Shown: in pieces, positions 59,342 to 64,000 of the stretch
How the letters are laid out: each line of letters starts with the position of its first letter
Position numbering within the stretch: position 1 is the first letter of the stretch
Assembly (NCBI GenBank): GCA_046290465.1
Contig: JBKAGP010000001.1
Coordinates: 4,352,001 to 4,416,000, forward strand
Source: Planctomycetota bacterium
GTDB lineage: Bacteria; Planctomycetota; UBA1135; UBA2386
Reading direction: 5' to 3'
Length of the DNA: 64,000 nt
Position numbers and translations under genes: made by a program
The notes under the pieces: model-generated
What the model was told of the DNA's origin: nothing
What the model saw: only the letters and a program-made list of their open reading frames with translations
Databases searched by the model: none

Positions 59342-62281
59342 ATGAAGCCCCAAGCTCTCCTCGCGCTCCTGCTGGTCGCCGCGCTCGGCGCGGCCGCCTG
59401 GTTCCTGTTCGACCTCGGCGGATCGCCCGCGCCGGTCGATGTGCCCGGGGCGAACGAGGCTGCCCCGACACATTCCCGGGACATGGGCGCCGCGGGCGTC
59501 GCGTCGGCCGACGTCGACGAGCAGCGGCGCGCTGCCGCGGAATCGGCGACGCCGACCGCCAGTGAGCGCACCGAGGTGCACGCCGGTGGTGGCACGGATG
59601 CGGGCCGGCCGCGCATCACCGGGCGGCTGGTCGACGCCGAAGGGCTGCCCCGCGTCGGTGTCGAGCTGACCGTCAGCACGTGGAACCTGCGCGGCATGAT
59701 CCAGGTGGTCGACGACACGCCGGGAGCCGAGACCGACCGGCTCGACCTCGAGACCGACGCCGACGGACGCTTCTCGTTCGTCCTCGAAGGCGCGCGTTCG
59801 GGCAACTTCTCGCTGAAGGCGGACGAGCTGGTGTTCGCCGAGCGCGCCAGCTTCGAGGGCAACGGTGCCGACCAGGATCTCGGTGATCTGGTGGTCGTCG
59901 GAGCGGCCACGGTCGCGGGTGTCGTGCAGGACGAGAACGGCAGCCCGGTCGCCGGCGTGCGGGTCTCCGCCGAGCTCGGTCCGATGGGCTTCGGCTCGAC
60001 GTCGACGATGGAGAGCCGTGACGACGGCACGTTCTTGCTCGGCAAGCTGCGCCCCGGCACCTGGACGTTGCGCGCGACGTCCGGGCAGTTCTTGCCCGGG
60101 GTCGCCGAGCAGAAGGTCGAAGCCGACCAGCACATCACCGGCGTGCTCATCACGCTGGCGCCGGGAGCTGCGGTCACCGGTCGCGTGGTCGACGACCGCG
60201 GCGTCGGCGTGGCCGGCATGAAGGTCGTCAGCCAGCGCAAGGAGCGCTCCGGCGAGATGGAGATCGTGCGCTTCTCGGACGAGGAGTCGGTCACGACCGA
60301 CGCCAACGGCGCGTTCCGTCTCGCGGGCCTCGACGGCGAACGGGCCACGCTGAAGGCCTATGGCGACGGCCACAGCACCGCGGTCCAGACCGTCGACACC
60401 GGCACGAGCGGCGTCGAGCTGCAGGTGATGCGGATGGGTTCGGTCGCGGGCGTGCTGGTCACGGCCACCGGCGAGCCGATCGCCGGCAGCCGCGTGCGTG
60501 CCTACGTCGACGAGCAGCGCAGCCAGACGGCGGCGTTGGTCGAGGGCCTGGCCGACCTCGAGATCCAGCGCAACGACGACGCTCGCGGCAAGACCGACGA
60601 GCAGGGCCGCTTCGTGCTGGCCAACGTCAAGCCGGGCAACGTGCGCATCGAGGCCAAGGGGCGCGGGCACCTGCCCGCCGAACGCCGCGACCTGCAGGTT
60701 CGGCCGGCGCAGCGGCTCGAGGGTGTGCGTCTGGTCGCCGACGCCGGCGCCGTGGCGCGCATCGAGGTGGTCGACCAGGAGGGCAACCCGATCCGTGGCG
60801 CGCAGGTCGACGTGACACGCGCGCCCAAGCGGCAGATGCCCGGCATGCGCATCGAGACGCGCACCGAGGGCAACGGCCCCGGGGACTTCCTGCTGGCCGA
60901 CCGTCGGCGCCTCGGCTCCGCCAAGACCGACGAGCACGGCGTCGCGACCATCGCCGGTCTGCCGGCCGCCGATGCGGTCGTCGCCGCGACGCACGCCCAG
61001 TTCGCCCCGGCCGACCAGCAGCGCGTGGCGCTGCCGGCGTCGGGGTCGGTGTCGCAGCGGCTGGTGATGCACGAGCCGGGCTACGTCGAGGTCTCGGTGA
61101 CGCGCACCGACGGTGCGGCGGCGGCCGGCATCCCGGTGATGCTGCAGGCCGCGGGCGCCTCCGGCGACGAAGCGCTCGACCGGCGCAACGCCGATGCCGA
61201 AGGCCGCGTGCGCTTCGGCCCGCTGCGAGCGGGGGACTACACCGCCGTGCTCGCGCGCGAGCCGCAGGCGCGGCGCGCCGGCAACATGATGATGTTCCTC
61301 GGCAACGACCAGCAGCGCATCGCGTCGTCGGCGCAGCAGGTGCTGGTTGCCGCGGGCAAGACCGCGAGCGTCGAGCTCGAGATGCCGGTCCTGACGCGGC
61401 TGACGGGCCGCGTGATCGGCAGCGAAGGAGCGGCCGCGGGCGTCGTCGTCGAGATCGAGTCGTCGGACGACGAGGACGCGGCGCTCGGCTTCGGCGGGCG
61501 CAGCGCGACCACCGACGGCGACGGCAACTTCGCGTTCGACGGGGTCGAGGCTGGCGGCTACGAGGTTCGCTACGGCAAGCCCGGTCAGGTCGTCAAGGCG
61601 AAGCTCGACCTGGACGTTCCGCCCAACACGCCCGAACTGCATCGCGACCTGTCGCTGCGCACCGGTTCGCTGCGCATCGCGGTGCGATCGAAGGAGGACG
61701 CCGATCCGGTCGAACGGGCCGAGGTCCGGCTGGTCCGGCAGGGGGCGCCCGGCGCGCCGAAGCCGCAGCGGCGGCCGCGACGCATCATGATGGTCTCGGT
61801 CACGGCCGACGGCGACGGCGGCGAGAGCTCGAGCACGATGACCCTCGGCAACCAGCGCGTCGTCACCGATGCGGACGGCGTGGCGACGTTCGAGGACGTG
61901 CCGGTCGGCAACTACACGGTCGAGATCGAGAGCGGCAAGTTCGCGCCGTTCCGGAAGCCGGACGTCGCGATCGTCGAGCGGCAGCGGACCGATTGCGGCA
62001 CCGTCGAGGTCGCACCGGCCGGGCAGGTCCGCGGCGTCGTCGAGGATCAGGACGGCAAGCGCGCGATGTCGATGGTGCAGTGCCGGGCCGCGGGCACCGA
62101 GGAGTGGACCAAGACCGAGATGGCGATGCAGGGCACGTATCGGTTGCGCGGCCTCGCGCCCGGCCGCTACGAGGTCCGCGCCCGGCCGATCGGCGTGCAG
62201 GCGGGCGAGCCGTCGCAGCCGGTCGTCGTCGAGGTCGTCGCCGGCAAGACCAAGGTCGCGGACCTGAAGGTCAAGAAGTAG
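59342..62281 (+). CDS. membrane-anchored protein with tandem carboxypeptidase-regulatory-like repeats
   Basis: MKPQALLALLLVAALGAAAWFLF anchor; about nine G-x-V-x-D-x-x-G-x-P...TD-x-x-G-x-F repeats. Confidence 0.87.
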   Translation: MKPQALLALLLVAALGAAAWFLFDLGGSPAPVDVPGANEAAPTHSRDMGAAGVASADVDEQRRAAAESATPTASERTEVHAGGGTDAGRPRITGRLVDAEGLPRVGVELTVSTWNLRGMIQVVDDTPGAETDRLDLETDADGRFSFVLEGARSGNFSLKADELVFAERASFEGNGADQDLGDLVVVGAATVAGVVQDENGSPVAGVRVSAELGPMGFGSTSTMESRDDGTFLLGKLRPGTWTLRATSGQFLPGVAEQKVEADQHITGVLITLAPGAAVTGRVVDDRGVGVAGMKVVSQRKERSGEMEIVRFSDEESVTTDANGAFRLAGLDGERATLKAYGDGHSTAVQTVDTGTSGVELQVMRMGSVAGVLVTATGEPIAGSRVRAYVDEQRSQTAALVEGLADLEIQRNDDARGKTDEQGRFVLANVKPGNVRIEAKGRGHLPAERRDLQVRPAQRLEGVRLVADAGAVARIEVVDQEGNPIRGAQVDVTRAPKRQMPGMRIETRTEGNGPGDFLLADRRRLGSAKTDEHGVATIAGLPAADAVVAATHAQFAPADQQRVALPASGSVSQRLVMHEPGYVEVSVTRTDGAAAAGIPVMLQAAGASGDEALDRRNADAEGRVRFGPLRAGDYTAVLAREPQARRAGNMMMFLGNDQQRIASSAQQVLVAAGKTASVELEMPVLTRLTGRVIGSEGAAAGVVVEIESSDDEDAALGFGGRSATTDGDGNFAFDGVEAGGYEVRYGKPGQVVKAKLDLDVPPNTPELHRDLSLRTGSLRIAVRSKEDADPVERAEVRLVRQGAPGAPKPQRRPRRIMMVSVTADGDGGESSSTMTLGNQRVVTDADGVATFEDVPVGNYTVEIESGKFAPFRKPDVAIVERQRTDCGTVEVAPAGQVRGVVEDQDGKRAMSMVQCRAAGTEEWTKTEMAMQGTYRLRGLAPGRYEVRARPIGVQAGEPSQPVVVEVVAGKTKVADLKVKK

Positions 62282-63611
62282 CGCCGCGGCGCGCAGCGAC
62301 GGCGCGCGCGCGGGCTTCGTGCAGCGCGGCCCGGAAGGCCTCGAGGTCGTCCGGGAATCGCTGCCGCAGCGCGCCCGCGTCGACGTCGCCGCAGGCGTCG
62401 CGCAGCATCGTCAGGTCGCGCATCAGCCGGTCGCGCACGGCGAAGCCCTCGTGTGCGAAGCCGAGGCGGCCGGCCGAGTCTGCGGCGACGGCCAGCGCAA
62501 ACGGCTCGAGCGGGTAGTCCTTGGCGCGGAAGTAGTCGTCGTAGAGGCCGGCGAGCGTGCCGGCGCGCAGCTCGTCGAACCGCCGCACCTCGAGGTGCAG
62601 CGCCGCGACGTGCTTGCACAGTGTCGCGGTGCGCTGGTCGATCAGGCCGGGCCACTGCGTCTGCAGGTGCTCGATGTGCGGCACGCCGGCGCCTTCGTGG
62701 CCGCGGTGGTGGGGGAACGCGTCGGGTTCGGTGTCGGACTTGCCGAGGTCGTGGCACAGCACCGCGAACAGCGTCGCGGTGCGGTCGCGTTCGTCGAGGT
62801 GGGTCGTGTGCTGCACGGCCCACTCGAGCGCCAGGATCATGTGCAGGCTCTGGCTGACCTCCGGATGCCAGCGCTGCGGGCCGGCCGGGCGTCCGTCGAA
62901 CTGCTGGTCGAGCACCGCCGAGATCGTCGCCAGCAACCCGACCTCGTGCAGGTCGAGCAGGCAGCGGCCGGGCGATGGCGTCTTCTGCACGATCGCGCGC
63001 AGTTCGAGCGCGACGGCTTCCTTGGGCAGGTCGAGCAGCAGCCGTGGATCGAGCTGGCGCCGCAGGCCGCGGATCGAGCCGTCGACGACGAAGCCGAACT
63101 CGTGCGCCTTGCGGAAGTAGCGCAGCCAGCGGATGCCGTGCTCCTGCACCCGCTGCGCGGCGTCGCCGACCGGCGCGATCCGGCGCAGTCGAAAGTGCTG
63201 CAGGCCGCCGAACGGGTCGTGCACCTTGCCGCTGGCGACCTCGATCGCGATCGCGCCGATGGTCATGTCGCGCTCGGACAGGTCGGCGCGGATGCGCTGC
63301 GCGAGCGGCGCGTCGACGTCGCCGGCCCGGAACGTGGTGATCTCGATGCGTTCGCCGCCGATCTTCGCCGCCAGCGTGCCGCGCTCGACGCTGCCGGCGG
63401 TGGTTGGTACCAGGCAGCCGTGCCGTTCGAGCAGGGCATGGCCGCGTTCGTGGTCGAGCGCCCAGGCCAGGTCGAGATCGCTCGGGTCGGGCCCGTCGAT
63501 GCCGGCCTCGCGACACGCGGCGGCCAGCGCCTGCGAGCCGACCACGCAGACGCCGAGTTCGGGCGCCGCGAGCCACGGCGCGTGCTGCCGGACGAAGGCG
63601 ACCGCTTGCAA
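62271..63611 (-). CDS. class II (CCA/poly(A) polymerase family) nucleotidyltransferase with HD domain, divergent
   Basis: SDLDLA, IEITTFR, DLSERDMTIGAIA, HDPFGG, WHPE, LCHDLGK, HHRGHE; TTG start. Confidence 0.85.
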   Translation of the reverse strand: MQAVAFVRQHAPWLAAPELGVCVVGSQALAAACREAGIDGPDPSDLDLAWALDHERGHALLERHGCLVPTTAGSVERGTLAAKIGGERIEITTFRAGDVDAPLAQRIRADLSERDMTIGAIAIEVASGKVHDPFGGLQHFRLRRIAPVGDAAQRVQEHGIRWLRYFRKAHEFGFVVDGSIRGLRRQLDPRLLLDLPKEAVALELRAIVQKTPSPGRCLLDLHEVGLLATISAVLDQQFDGRPAGPQRWHPEVSQSLHMILALEWAVQHTTHLDERDRTATLFAVLCHDLGKSDTEPDAFPHHRGHEGAGVPHIEHLQTQWPGLIDQRTATLCKHVAALHLEVRRFDELRAGTLAGLYDDYFRAKDYPLEPFALAVAADSAGRLGFAHEGFAVRDRLMRDLTMLRDACGDVDAGALRQRFPDDLEAFRAALHEARARAVAARRGATS

Positions 63612-63613
63612 GA

Positions 63614-64000
63614 TCAGCCCGCCCCGGTGGAGTCGGTCAGCACCTTGAACGTCAGGAAGCCCGCGTAGGCGATGGCCATCAGCACGCCGAGCGGACGCGG
63701 CACGCCCTTGGCGCCGCGCAGGATCAGCACCAGCACGATCGTCGCCGCGACGGTGACGCCGAGGTCGAGGAACTCGGGTGCAAACGCAAACGGCTTGAGC
63801 AGGCCGGCGCCGCCGAGCACCGCACCGATGTTGAAGATGTTGCTGCCGATCACGTTGCCGATGCAGATCTCCGGCTGGCCGCGCAGCGCCGCGACCGCCG
63901 ACGTCGCCAGCTCCGGCATGCTGGTGCCGATCGCGATCACCGTCAGGCCGATGACGTTGGGGCTCATGCCGAGGTCCTCGGCGACGACGGCGGCGCCCTC
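63614..64000 (-). CDS. calcium/sodium antiporter (YrbG-like), 3' part
   Basis: IGLTVIAIGTSMPELATS and IGNVIGSNIFNI alpha-repeat; runs off the window. Confidence 0.9.
   Translation of the reverse strand, partial: EGAAVVAEDLGMSPNVIGLTVIAIGTSMPELATSAVAALRGQPEICIGNVIGSNIFNIGAVLGGAGLLKPFAFAPEFLDLGVTVAATIVLVLILRGAKGVPRPLGVLMAIAYAGFLTFKVLTDSTGAG

Overview
Very GC-rich bacterial chromosomal window with about 50 protein genes. The gene content points to an uncultured Planctomycetota lineage (inference): an ECF sigma factor fused to a TM helix and carboxypeptidase-regulatory-like beta-sandwich repeats, four sigma-less paralogues, and many exported proteins. No rRNA, tRNA, CRISPR array or transposase is recognisable. 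Ordinary genes include NmrA/AraC, a DEDD exonuclease, S46, M24 and M90 peptidases, RlmD, a TruC-like synthase, ABC-F, DinB, an orphan DNA methyltransferase, an acyl-CoA ligase, two glycosyltransferases, a GH63-like hydrolase, a Ser/Thr dehydratase, NhaR-like LysR, HipBA, USP, EI24 and a Ca/Na antiporter. The most interesting signals: (1) five, possibly six, unrelated exported proteins end in a similar ~110-aa C-terminal domain (Q[GA]...S[ND][GA][LVF]), a candidate lineage-specific sorting or surface-anchoring signal; a 45-aa mini-gene missed by the ORF track is only a signal peptide plus that terminal motif. (2) A fused E1alpha/beta TPP enzyme is translationally coupled to a FabD-like acyltransferase that appears to lack the malonyl-binding Arg, with no E2/E3 nearby. 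(3) A CCA-type nucleotidyltransferase has altered template motifs but an intact HD domain. (4) Many genes show leaderless-mRNA signatures. (5) REP/REPIN-like hairpin families with GAA triloops occur between genes. (6) Four GATC-N6-GATC-type operators precede hipBA. Start codons were refined by eye, and all family assignments come from motif recognition, not database searches.
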